This document shows positions 53,339 to 62,144 of a stretch of 64,000 nucleotides of DNA, in pieces. Under the pieces are notes generated by a model that saw nothing but the letters and a program-made list of their open reading frames with translations, made no database searches and was not told the origin of the DNA. Source of the stretch: Escherichia phage vB_EcoM_Lh1B; sequence record OK428535.1. One strand, 5' to 3'. The position numbers and the translations under genes are program-made. Position 1 is the first letter of the stretch. Each line of letters starts with the position of its first letter.

Positions 53339-54457
53339 ATGGCAGAAAAAACATTTGAGACATCGCTCGTCTCCTTTCTTTCTAAGTTTCCCATGCTGCT
53401 TCGCCAGCGGGCGGAATCGACGGAAGAATTCAACTCTGTGCTGTACAACGAGCACACCACGNTGGTTGAANAAAGTCTGTTGGGCTTAGATTACCTGCCA
53501 GGTATTCTGGAGAAAATCCAAATCCTGCTCGCGGGCAACCAACTTACCGCCATCTCAATTCTGGTAGGTGTTCCTGAGGTTGATATCCTTGGTACGCTTG
53601 ACCAGGTTAGCACCCGTCGTAATGCCCTCGATGCGGCTGCACGTTCGGGTTCTCGCTTAGCGTCTTTCGCAATCGGCGAGTCCTCCCGTCACGCGCTGCC
53701 GTCATACGATAAAATCGGGCTTGCGGTCGGTGAATCCCGTCGCCAGAAATCCGATAACAAAGTAGCGACTGAATCGTCCGCAGGTTCTGTGCTGCCGAAC
53801 AACACGCTGAAGCTCCTGCATGATCAAGAAGGTCTGTCCAACGGTAAACTGTTCTCTGTTACCTTCGAACGTGACGGTAATAAAGTCGAGCTGCCAATGC
53901 GTCTACGTCTTGATGTGAAGTCTCTGCCGACCGANGAAATGAAAACGNTCATTGCGTTCAGCGATCAAACCAAAACCTTCTGGGAACGTGTGCTGCGTGC
54001 GAAGGTCGGTTCTCTCAGCTACGCGAAAGATATCGCGCTGTGTAATGACCTCATTGAAGAATACCGTAAGAACCGCTTCCGTGATAAGTCCGGTTATTAC
54101 CGTAAGATGATGGAAAAGAAAAACGCCAACTGGCTGTCTGGCCTGCTGACGCTGAGCCCATCCATCAACAACGCGTCTTCGGTTATGGTGGTTTCTCAAG
54201 AAACTATCGACGATCTGACTGCTCAGCTGGGCGGTGACTTCGATGATTACAATATCCGCCAGCGTGTGTTCAAAGACACCCTGACTGTTTACTACGTGGT
54301 TGTCGACCAGACCTGGAACCGTGTAACCATTTATACGCGTGGCCAGACCGGGTCTCAAGAACTCGACAAATCAGACTTTAGCAAGGCGAAGTCCGGTAGC
54401 GGCGATGTAAACAAAATCATCGATGCCTATCGCGTCGGCGCGAATCCGGTACTGTAA
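53339..54457 (+). CDS. hypothetical protein, probably abundant
   Basis: 372-aa ORF with optimal codon usage; diverges from minus operon across a 22-bp palindromic spacer. Confidence 0.6.
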   Translation: MAEKTFETSLVSFLSKFPMLLRQRAESTEEFNSVLYNEHTTXVEXSLLGLDYLPGILEKIQILLAGNQLTAISILVGVPEVDILGTLDQVSTRRNALDAAARSGSRLASFAIGESSRHALPSYDKIGLAVGESRRQKSDNKVATESSAGSVLPNNTLKLLHDQEGLSNGKLFSVTFERDGNKVELPMRLRLDVKSLPTXEMKTXIAFSDQTKTFWERVLRAKVGSLSYAKDIALCNDLIEEYRKNRFRDKSGYYRKMMEKKNANWLSGLLTLSPSINNASSVMVVSQETIDDLTAQLGGDFDDYNIRQRVFKDTLTVYYVVVDQTWNRVTIYTRGQTGSQELDKSDFSKAKSGSGDVNKIIDAYRVGANPVL

Positions 54458-54467
54458 GGGGAAAAGA

Positions 54468-55400
54468 ATGCCGATTCCGAATATGTTGGCGATGTTGCTG
54501 CCGAGCTTCGAAGCCACGAACTTAAAAAACCAACTGTCATCTAACTGCGACTCGATTGCTGCGTTAGAGCCACAGTTCCAGAACCTCCAGGAACTGGTGG
54601 GAAGTGTCCAGGGTAAGCCATTTAAAGCGAAGCCTGTTGCAGACCTTTCTACTGAAATCGTTAAGTACCTGCATAGCTCCGGTTTGGAAGTTAAAGGGTT
54701 ACGTAACGCAAGTATGCTGGAGTACGTCATCGCGTCTATGCAGAACGTACAGGCGCTGCGACCTTTCCTGGAGCAGTGTATCGACCGCGACATCGGGAAG
54801 ACGTTGGTGACATCATCTCTAACGTTCAACAAACAAACCGTGTTGCAGTTGCTGGATATGATCGAATTCTTCGTCGGTTACGCTAGCACCCTGATTAACT
54901 ACATCACGGCCGAAGAGATTGCCGCTGTACAAGACTCGAACATTGCAGTGAAGGGAATCGGTCCGAAAGACCTTCAGTATCTGCAAACCCGTAAGACGTC
55001 TTTCTGTATTGCGGTGCGCGTCCTGGCAACCCCCATTACCAAACTGAAAGCAGACTACGCTGAGATACCTGAAGCGGTGTTTGACGAAGAGACATATAGC
55101 CAATTGGTTCAGCAGTTCGGTTCGAACACCACTGATCCACTGGGTATGTCCTCCGTTCCGTTCCCGCTGTCAATTGTCTACCGCGTGCGTCTGAATATTG
55201 CAGAATGGCAAATGGATCGTTATGACGAGTGCGTGGAAGCCGCGAAAGCGACTGAGCTGCGTATTCTGTTGTACAAGAAACAACAGGCTGCCGGTGAAGG
55301 GGACGTGCACATTGAGAAACTCATCGAAGCACACGAAAAGCGCTTGATGGAACTCAAGTACAAACGTGAACGTCTGGAGAAAAAATACGGTCTGGTTTAA
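54468..55400 (+). CDS. hypothetical protein
   Basis: ATG at 54468 after AAGGGGAAAAG (MPIPNML...). Confidence 0.5.
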   Translation: MPIPNMLAMLLPSFEATNLKNQLSSNCDSIAALEPQFQNLQELVGSVQGKPFKAKPVADLSTEIVKYLHSSGLEVKGLRNASMLEYVIASMQNVQALRPFLEQCIDRDIGKTLVTSSLTFNKQTVLQLLDMIEFFVGYASTLINYITAEEIAAVQDSNIAVKGIGPKDLQYLQTRKTSFCIAVRVLATPITKLKADYAEIPEAVFDEETYSQLVQQFGSNTTDPLGMSSVPFPLSIVYRVRLNIAEWQMDRYDECVEAAKATELRILLYKKQQAAGEGDVHIEKLIEAHEKRLMELKYKRERLEKKYGLV

Positions 55401-55423
55401 GGCCGTATTATCAGGAGAGTCTC

Positions 55424-55981
55424 ATGTTTGACAATGACCAGAATTTTAACCTCGCCGAGAAGTTGATTAAAAACTACATGGCGAAACTGACCCAAAACCC
55501 CGTGCTGGTTCATGACGACGAACTGATACATGAAACCCTGGAAGCTGCAGCCGTTGTGCTGCCGTATTTCCGCATGATGGGCGCTGACTCTGTCCAACAA
55601 GTATTATATGACGAATATCCGCAGGTCGGTTTTACGTTTAATACGTTTTATAACGAATCTGCATCGTTCATACTTGACGGTAAACGCCGTACAGTGTCAA
55701 CAGGACAGTGGTCCGTTCTTCTGGTATCGTACATGAACGATATCCACTCTACTAAGCAAGTAGAGCGAACCGGTTCCCTGGGCTCACGACTTCTTGCTGC
55801 GGCTTACGGTCGTAGTGGGCAAGTTCGCCATATGGGAACTGCGCATCAGACGTACACGCCTGACCGGCGTCTATTATCTTATGCAGACCACGAACTGCTG
55901 GCACGTTGGTTGACACGTCCGAACGGGTTATCCGATATGATCTCGTCGTTAGCAGTGTTTTTAAAAATCGCACGTCCCTAA
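55424..55981 (+). CDS. hypothetical protein
   Basis: 185-aa ORF, AGGAGAG upstream. Confidence 0.5.
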   Translation: MFDNDQNFNLAEKLIKNYMAKLTQNPVLVHDDELIHETLEAAAVVLPYFRMMGADSVQQVLYDEYPQVGFTFNTFYNESASFILDGKRRTVSTGQWSVLLVSYMNDIHSTKQVERTGSLGSRLLAAAYGRSGQVRHMGTAHQTYTPDRRLLSYADHELLARWLTRPNGLSDMISSLAVFLKIARP

Positions 55982-56037
55982 GGGGGCCCCTTATCTAGGG
56001 GCGTGTAATTGGGTTATAACCAAAGGAACCGAAACAA

Positions 56038-57315
56038 ATGGCAAACTTTGTAAAAAGTAAACTCGCCCGCGAGTCCGTTGAAGCTACCGGCGACGTAATC
56101 GACGGTCTGAGCAACGTTGAACCGGCAGAAGAGAACATCGACGTTCAGCTGGCAGAAGTTGCGTCTATCGACGGTCAGCTGGAACAGCTCGATGGTGACC
56201 AGGAAACCCTGGCTGCTGATACCGAGTGTACCGAAGCTGCTATCGACGCTGCTGACGAAAAAATCGAAAACGGTGAAGAGATGCCTGAAGAAGCCATCGC
56301 TCACACCGAAGTGGCGCAGGAATCTATCCGTAAACGTTGGGCTATCGATCGTACCAAACTGGCACGCGAATCTTATCGCCGTGGCCGTGGCATGACCAAA
56401 GCAGCTCAGGAAGGCTGGAAAGAAACCCTGAAAGATCTGTTCAAGCGCTTCGTTGAACTGTGTAAAGCAGTTATCGCGAAAGCGAAAGAGCTGAAACTGA
56501 AATACATCAACGTTGGTAAGTCTGCACAGAAACGTGCGAAAGCTTACCAAGAGATGCTGCGTAAGCTCGGTAAGCAGAAGAAAGAAAACATCTCTGGCGG
56601 CTTTATTAGCAAACTGTCTATCGAAGGCGACTTCGATGTGGCCAACTCCATCGCTATCGCGAAAGAGCTGACCGGCGGTAAAGCGAAAGACGCTATCAAC
56701 AAGCTGTCCTCTCAGGCGTCCGAATCTGCTGTAGCGATCACCAAAACCGCAGAAGGTACTGCAACGGCTGCTAAAGGCGCTGTTGATGTTGCCCTGTTCG
56801 GTACCGCTGCTAAGAAACTGCGCACCCTGCCGCAGTTCGAAGATGGCGAAGGCGGTCAGAAAGTTCTGGCACTGCCAGGCAACGCCTATGTGCAGATCGG
56901 TAGCAAAACTCTGGCCGGCGGCCAGGACTTCACTGCGGTGGCGTTCCTGTCAACTGGCGACTCTACCGACACGAAAGAGATTGCTACCCCGGCAATTACC
57001 GCACTGGCGTCTGCAGCAACCGCTCTTGATGCGATCGGTAAAGGCTTCGAGAAAGTGCTGCAGGACTTCCGCTCCTATGACGCCGATGTTGAGAAACTGG
57101 AGCAGGCTGCTAGCAAAGCTGCTGCTGCCCTGGATAAATCCAACGACGAAGGCGAGTGGGAAGCACTGCGTAATGCACGTACTGCAGCCGACCAGGCTGT
57201 GCGTAACTACCAGACTCTGAACCGTGCCGTGGCGCATGTTGGTAACACTGTTATCAGCGGCCTGAACGGTTACATCGGTGCTGGTATCGGCGCGTACGAA
57301 AAGTCTAAAGCTTAA
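56038..57315 (+). CDS. acidic alpha-helical protein, paralog A (probably abundant)
   Basis: 425 aa; starts MANFVKSKLARESVE, contains AQESIRKRWA and LGKQKKE..SGGFI, ends GAGIGAYEKSKA; optimal codons. Confidence 0.65.
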   Translation: MANFVKSKLARESVEATGDVIDGLSNVEPAEENIDVQLAEVASIDGQLEQLDGDQETLAADTECTEAAIDAADEKIENGEEMPEEAIAHTEVAQESIRKRWAIDRTKLARESYRRGRGMTKAAQEGWKETLKDLFKRFVELCKAVIAKAKELKLKYINVGKSAQKRAKAYQEMLRKLGKQKKENISGGFISKLSIEGDFDVANSIAIAKELTGGKAKDAINKLSSQASESAVAITKTAEGTATAAKGAVDVALFGTAAKKLRTLPQFEDGEGGQKVLALPGNAYVQIGSKTLAGGQDFTAVAFLSTGDSTDTKEIATPAITALASAATALDAIGKGFEKVLQDFRSYDADVEKLEQAASKAAAALDKSNDEGEWEALRNARTAADQAVRNYQTLNRAVAHVGNTVISGLNGYIGAGIGAYEKSKA

Positions 57316-57392
57316 TCCGCTTTACGTACCAAACGTCGGTTGACATATCATTACAAACGGCACGCGTCTTATCGCCTAGCGGACCGAAAAAG

Positions 57393-58652
57393 ATGGCTAA
57401 CTTTGTAAAAAGTAAACTCGCGCGTGAATCTGTCGAAGGCACAGGTACTGTCGTTCCGGACGGTATCGAGCTGCCGGCTGAGTCCGTAGAAGGTACTCTG
57501 GCTGACATCGAGCACGACACTAAACCGATCGACCAGCTGGATGCTGAAGCAGATGTGCTGGCAGAAGACGGCGACGAAACCGACGCGCAGCTGGATGCAG
57601 TTGATGCTGCTGAAGCTGCTGCTGACGGTGAAGGTGAAGATGGCGAAGAGCCAATGGAAGTGGAAGAAGATATGCCTGACGAAGCTGCTGAGCAGCTGGA
57701 CGTTGCGCAGGAATCTATCCGTAAACGTTGGGCATTCGACCACCGCGTAAGCGTTGCGCAGGAATCTTACGGTGCACGTAAGCGCCGCCAGGTTGCTCGT
57801 GAAAGCCTGTGGGACGACATCAAAGCGTTCCTGCAGCGCATCTACGACTGGCTGAAAGAACAAGGCCGTAAGGTTAAAGACCGTTGGCTGAAGTTCAGCA
57901 ACCAGGGTAAATCCATTCAGGCGCGTGCTAAGAAATATGACGCTGCTCTGCGTGGCCTGGGCAAGCAGAAGAAAGACACCGTTAGCGGTGGGTTCATTAA
58001 GAACCTGACCACCGGTGGTAAGTTCGTCGGTGACGACATCAACGTCCTGAAAGAGCTTCTGTCTTCTATCGGCAGCATCTACGGTGAGCAGGATGCAGTT
58101 GTTGCAGCCGCTACCACTATGGTTGGCGCAGTTGAGGCTGGCAAACGGGTTGGCGGTTTCGCAGCAGCGGTTAACAAAGCAACTGCAGGTAAAGCGGGCG
58201 AAGTTCAGCTGCTGGGCAACCAGATCGGTAAAGCCGAAGTGAAAGTGAACGGGGATGACCTGGAAGCTTCCTTCAATGTTATCGACGCCGAAGGTAGCGT
58301 AGAGCAGTCTGTTTCTACTCCGTCTCTCACGACTCTGTCTTCCCTGGTTGCGTTCTTCAACCAGCTGGGTAAAGCAGTCGAAGAGAACGTGAAAGCATAC
58401 CACAAAAATAACCAGGCTCAAGAGCGTTACGAGCAGGCTATTGAGAAACTGCTGAAACGTATCGACGGCGTGAAGATCGACGACAACGCAGAACTGACTT
58501 CCAACGTCCGTGTTGCACGTCGTGCAATCACCGTTGCGAACCAGTACATCTCCTGGACCGAACGTTGCGTTGCANCCGGCCANAAAAACCTGATCGCCGG
58601 CGTTAACGGCTACATCNGCGAGGGTATCGGTGCGTACGAAAAGTATAAGTAA
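57393..58652 (+). CDS. acidic alpha-helical protein, paralog B (probably abundant)
   Basis: 419 aa; same N-terminus, internal blocks and C-terminal GIGAYEKYK as paralog A. Confidence 0.65.
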   Translation: MANFVKSKLARESVEGTGTVVPDGIELPAESVEGTLADIEHDTKPIDQLDAEADVLAEDGDETDAQLDAVDAAEAAADGEGEDGEEPMEVEEDMPDEAAEQLDVAQESIRKRWAFDHRVSVAQESYGARKRRQVARESLWDDIKAFLQRIYDWLKEQGRKVKDRWLKFSNQGKSIQARAKKYDAALRGLGKQKKDTVSGGFIKNLTTGGKFVGDDINVLKELLSSIGSIYGEQDAVVAAATTMVGAVEAGKRVGGFAAAVNKATAGKAGEVQLLGNQIGKAEVKVNGDDLEASFNVIDAEGSVEQSVSTPSLTTLSSLVAFFNQLGKAVEENVKAYHKNNQAQERYEQAIEKLLKRIDGVKIDDNAELTSNVRVARRAITVANQYISWTERCVAXGXKNLIAGVNGYIXEGIGAYEKYK

Positions 58653-58663
58653 TTAGACTGGCG

Positions 58664-58703
58664 AATCCCCCACTTCGGTGGGGGATTTACCTTTTCTTTT
58701 TTT
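58664..58703 (+). terminator. rho-independent terminator
   Basis: Hairpin AATCCCCCAC-TTCG-GTGGGGGATT then T-run. Confidence 0.7.
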
Positions 58704-58725
58704 GTCTCCGATTACAANAATTTTC

Positions 58726-58750
58726 AGATATATATTACCTAGGTGAGATT
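58726..58750 (+). promoter_or_regulatory. promoter-like motif AGATATATATTACCTAGGTGAGATT
   Basis: Near-identical to the copy at 4801; 40 nt upstream of ATG 58789. Confidence 0.5.
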
Positions 58751-58788
58751 GCATTGGTAATCTTTTAACCGACTATCACTTAAGGAAT

Positions 58789-59550
58789 ATGAAAATGAAA
58801 ACTATCAATCTGCTTACTCTGGCTAATGGCTCTATCGAACGTAGCGAAGATGACGGTGCTATCCTGCAAGCAACCAACGGCTTTAAAATTATACTGTCCC
58901 CAATTCAATTCACCGGCTTACAAGTCTGGCTGCGCGAAATCAACAAACGCAAACTACCGCGCCGTATGGCGGTTGGCGACCTGCTCTTTACACTGGATAA
59001 CGTTGACGGTGTTAAACCGGAACTGTACGAAGTTCAGTACAAAGCCGCAGTCGATACACTGCGCCTGAAGAAAGGGGAAGAAATCAAATTCATTCCGGTG
59101 ACCTATAATGGTAACAATTACCTGCAGATGGAAGACACTCCGTTCGCTGCGCACGTCACTGACACTGCTGTTGAATTGGTCATTGCCTTTGGTCTGGTTG
59201 CGACTCCGGCGGTACTGGAAATCAGCGAAGACCCACTGCAAGATTTCGGTACGCTGTTCGATACCATGCTGGGTGGCATGAAGCTCGGGAATATCACCAA
59301 GGTCATCCGCCGTATTCCGATTCTGAATGCGCAGCCGAAAGTGATGACCCTGGCAGAAAGCATGATGGAACACCCGGAGCTGACTGCTGAAGAAATTCAG
59401 GCGCAAGAAGACGCAATTGAAGAAGAACGTCAGAACGCCCAGCGTGAAGCCATGAAGCCGTTCCGTGGTTTCCTGGATGCTATCTTCGACTGTGCGAACT
59501 CGCTGATGAAACCAGTTGAAGTGAAAACCGCTGAAGAACCAGCAGCGTGA
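58789..59550 (+). CDS. hypothetical protein
   Basis: 253-aa ORF behind TTAAGGAATA site. Confidence 0.5.
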   Translation: MKMKTINLLTLANGSIERSEDDGAILQATNGFKIILSPIQFTGLQVWLREINKRKLPRRMAVGDLLFTLDNVDGVKPELYEVQYKAAVDTLRLKKGEEIKFIPVTYNGNNYLQMEDTPFAAHVTDTAVELVIAFGLVATPAVLEISEDPLQDFGTLFDTMLGGMKLGNITKVIRRIPILNAQPKVMTLAESMMEHPELTAEEIQAQEDAIEEERQNAQREAMKPFRGFLDAIFDCANSLMKPVEVKTAEEPAA

Positions 59551-59608
59551 ATATCACGTTACCCTCAAACCCTATGCAATCGACCATTAATCTTAAGGAG
59601 TATTTATA

Positions 59609-60154
59609 ATGAAACGTGTCAATCTTAAAGATATTATTAGCGTAAGTAACGATAAATCATCGCCCCTTTGGGATGAGGTTACTACGCTGCAATTTAGTAC
59701 CAGTGTCATGGCAATCCCACGTCCAGTTATGATTGGTCTGGGCGTATTCATTTTAGAATGCGACCGTCGTTCAGCAGGCACGCACATTCTAACGTACGGT
59801 GGGTACGAGTTTGTCGTCGAAAGCGAACTTAACAAACATTGCTCAGAGGGCATCATCGGTCTTTGGAAATACTTAATCGATGCGGGATTGTCCGACATGT
59901 CTAAAGTCTGTAGTCACGATTACGGTAAGTTGGAACATTTTGTTCGTCGTAACGGTGAGCGTGTTCCGGTGACGATTGATGGTTACCAGACCAAAATGGT
60001 CACCGCGCCTTACAGCGCTGAGGGGATACGTGCAACGCTTTACATTCGCCAGACGCTCGTACGTGATGACCTGTTAGACGAAGCAGAGCAAACTCTACAT
60101 GGTCGTGTTGTGAACCTCGCACCGTCTTACGACGCGCAGCGTATGGTTCAATGA
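59609..60154 (+). CDS. hypothetical protein
   Basis: 181-aa ORF behind CTTAAGGAGTATTTATAATG. Confidence 0.55.
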   Translation: MKRVNLKDIISVSNDKSSPLWDEVTTLQFSTSVMAIPRPVMIGLGVFILECDRRSAGTHILTYGGYEFVVESELNKHCSEGIIGLWKYLIDAGLSDMSKVCSHDYGKLEHFVRRNGERVPVTIDGYQTKMVTAPYSAEGIRATLYIRQTLVRDDLLDEAEQTLHGRVVNLAPSYDAQRMVQ

Positions 60155-60160
60155 TTTAAT

Positions 60161-60190
60161 AAGGTGGCCTAACAAGCCACCTTCTTTTTT
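60161..60190 (+). terminator. rho-independent terminator
   Basis: Hairpin AAGGTGGC-CTAACAA-GCCACCTT then TTTTTT. Confidence 0.7.
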
Positions 60191-60198
60191 GGGATTGT

Positions 60199-60573
60199 GT
60201 GATGACTGATAAATTTAAATTTGAGATGACGCCAGAAACCGCAAACGTAGAACCGCAGATTCGCCTCCGTGTACGAGATGACGAATACTGTCTAGCGATA
60301 GTTGAAGAAGACCTGGCAGAGGCCTTGTTGCTGCTCGGCGACAGAGAATGGCTTGGCACGCTAACTATTAGGCTTAAGAGGCCGTTGGTTGGTAGTGGGA
60401 TGTTTGCAGGTTGCTGTACGAACAGTCTGTTGGTCGAAGTGGATGCCAGAACGGTATCACTGTCGGTGATTCTGGACTATCCGGTGACATTCTCGTATAG
60501 CCGTCTTGAATTTAGTCGTTATTTACGTCGCGCAATGAAAGAATTATCTAAAGCACGTAGGAGCAAACCATGA
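60199..60573 (+). CDS. hypothetical protein
   Basis: 124-aa ORF, coupled (ATGA) to the DHFR gene. Confidence 0.45.
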   Translation: MMTDKFKFEMTPETANVEPQIRLRVRDDEYCLAIVEEDLAEALLLLGDREWLGTLTIRLKRPLVGSGMFAGCCTNSLLVEVDARTVSLSVILDYPVTFSYSRLEFSRYLRRAMKELSKARRSKP

Positions 60574-61121
60574 AACTCTCTATTATCGTCGCGATGGACC
60601 GCAACAACGCCATCGGTAAAAACAACGAACTGCCGTGGCGTCTGCCTGCCGACCTGGCTAACTTTAAGGCAATCACCACAGGGAAGAACGTTATCATGGG
60701 CAGTAAGACCTGGGAATCGTTAGGTTGTCGTCCTTTGCCTAACCGCGGCAACTTAATTGTTACTCGTAACCCAGAAGGGTATATCAGTGGCCGGGAAGAA
60801 CACACGGACATGCGTTTGGTGACGTTTCACACGAGTATTGATTTAGCCATCAAAGCTCTGGAACGTATCGAGAAAGATACCGGGAAAGAGCAAGAGGTGA
60901 TGATTATTGGCGGCGCATCAATTTATCAACAAACCCTCGCTCGTGCGGATCGTATTTATCTATCGCGTATTGACATTGCTGTTGAAGGTGCAGATGCTTT
61001 CTTCCCAGAAATTGACAGAGATGTTTTTCAAGTCGATTACACCATGACCCATTTACCCGACGGCCAGAAACACACGCACCGTTGGACGTATCAAATTTTA
61101 AATCGTATCGCTGGAGTTTAA
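60570..61121 (+). CDS. folA: dihydrofolate reductase
   Basis: MKLSIIVAMDRNNAIGKNNELPWRLPADLANFKAITTGKNVIMGSKTWESLG..RPLPNRGNLIVTRN matches the DHFR N-terminal fold signature (cf. E. coli FolA ...[42 protein letters not shown]...). Confidence 0.9.
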   Translation: MKLSIIVAMDRNNAIGKNNELPWRLPADLANFKAITTGKNVIMGSKTWESLGCRPLPNRGNLIVTRNPEGYISGREEHTDMRLVTFHTSIDLAIKALERIEKDTGKEQEVMIIGGASIYQQTLARADRIYLSRIDIAVEGADAFFPEIDRDVFQVDYTMTHLPDGQKHTHRWTYQILNRIAGV

Positions 61122-61122
61122 A

Positions 61123-61452
61123 ATGGAAAAGAAATCTGTTAAAGGTTACGTGATGGAAGTAACCCCAAAAGCGGCTGAACTGGCGAGAGAATATACCGGA
61201 TGTATCGTGCCACTGACCTCAATCGTGGTGTGTGAGGGTTCCTTCTATCTCATCTTCGGCAGTAATGAGCCGGTCTATGCGTACATCGATGACCCTGATC
61301 AAGTTACAGCCCTCTCTATTGCGATGGGTAAAATGGTATCAGACAAGATGATTGAATTCGTTGTCGGGAAAACGATGGACATTATCCGCAATCCGGTTGG
61401 ACACAGCGGAATAAAATGTAAGAAGTGGCAGCTAGCTTGGCTGGCACATTAA
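61123..61452 (+). CDS. hypothetical protein
   Basis: 109-aa ORF, GGAG upstream. Confidence 0.5.
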   Translation: MEKKSVKGYVMEVTPKAAELAREYTGCIVPLTSIVVCEGSFYLIFGSNEPVYAYIDDPDQVTALSIAMGKMVSDKMIEFVVGKTMDIIRNPVGHSGIKCKKWQLAWLAH

Positions 61453-61479
61453 ACGGTTATCTTCTTAAGGAGTATTAAA

Positions 61480-62070
61480 ATGCTTAGTGAACGTGCGCCC
61501 CGTTTAGAAGCGGCGGTATTGAAAATTGAACGTGTGAATATCAAATTGTTATCGAACGATGTTGGTCGGGCATCGTACAGTGACTTATGGAGTATCCCCG
61601 CACCACCGCGTACGTTGGTGGTGAACTGGTTAACGAATCGTTTGGGCTCATGCGATGTTAAAGCCAAGGATGTCGTACTAACGCTACCTGACGGCAAAAC
61701 AACTACCGGCGATGTGTTGATTGCCAGTGGTTCTAAATTGCGTATGGGCGATATTCGCTTGGGTGAGTCCTATCTTCCGGACGGTATGCGACCTATGCCG
61801 ATTGGCGAGGTAGAAAACCGAATTCTGGAAAAAGAAAGAGTGCTGGCGTTCATACGCCGCCCGCCGGATAGCACGGTGTCGTTTAAGCAACGTAAACCGG
61901 CTGCAGACAACACACCCGTTGTCGAGTGGCTCGAAAAGTATTTTGGCGAATATGGCATCAGTCCTGATGAGGTCATTCTCATCAACGGCCACGCCATGAT
62001 GCCGTTTAAGCCCAGCCCGTATTACACGATGGGACAACTGCGCGCTTCCTTCAAAGGGAAAGCACGCTAA
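61480..62070 (+). CDS. hypothetical protein
   Basis: 196-aa ORF behind CTTAAGGAGTATTAAAATG. Confidence 0.55.
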   Translation: MLSERAPRLEAAVLKIERVNIKLLSNDVGRASYSDLWSIPAPPRTLVVNWLTNRLGSCDVKAKDVVLTLPDGKTTTGDVLIASGSKLRMGDIRLGESYLPDGMRPMPIGEVENRILEKERVLAFIRRPPDSTVSFKQRKPAADNTPVVEWLEKYFGEYGISPDEVILINGHAMMPFKPSPYYTMGQLRASFKGKAR

Positions 62071-62074
62071 AGTG

Positions 62075-62103
62075 TGGGGGACTTCGGTCCCCTTTCTTTT
62101 TTT
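62075..62103 (+). terminator. rho-independent terminator
   Basis: Hairpin GGGGGAC-TTCG-GTCCCC then T-run. Confidence 0.7.
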
Positions 62104-62144
62104 GCGTTTTAGGCCAGTGATATGACTACAACGAGGGACAGCTA

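Noticed and set aside
57338-57392. Sigma70-type promoter (TTGACA at 57338) between the tandem paralogs
   Set aside because: A -35-like hexamer is present but no acceptable -10 hexamer at 16-18-bp spacing; likely chance.
57369-58421. 350-aa minus-strand ORF antisense to paralog B (and a similar one at 56014..56550 opposite paralog A)
   Set aside because: Same reasoning: it mirrors a highly expressed plus-strand gene, has no ribosome-binding site, and reads as low-complexity.
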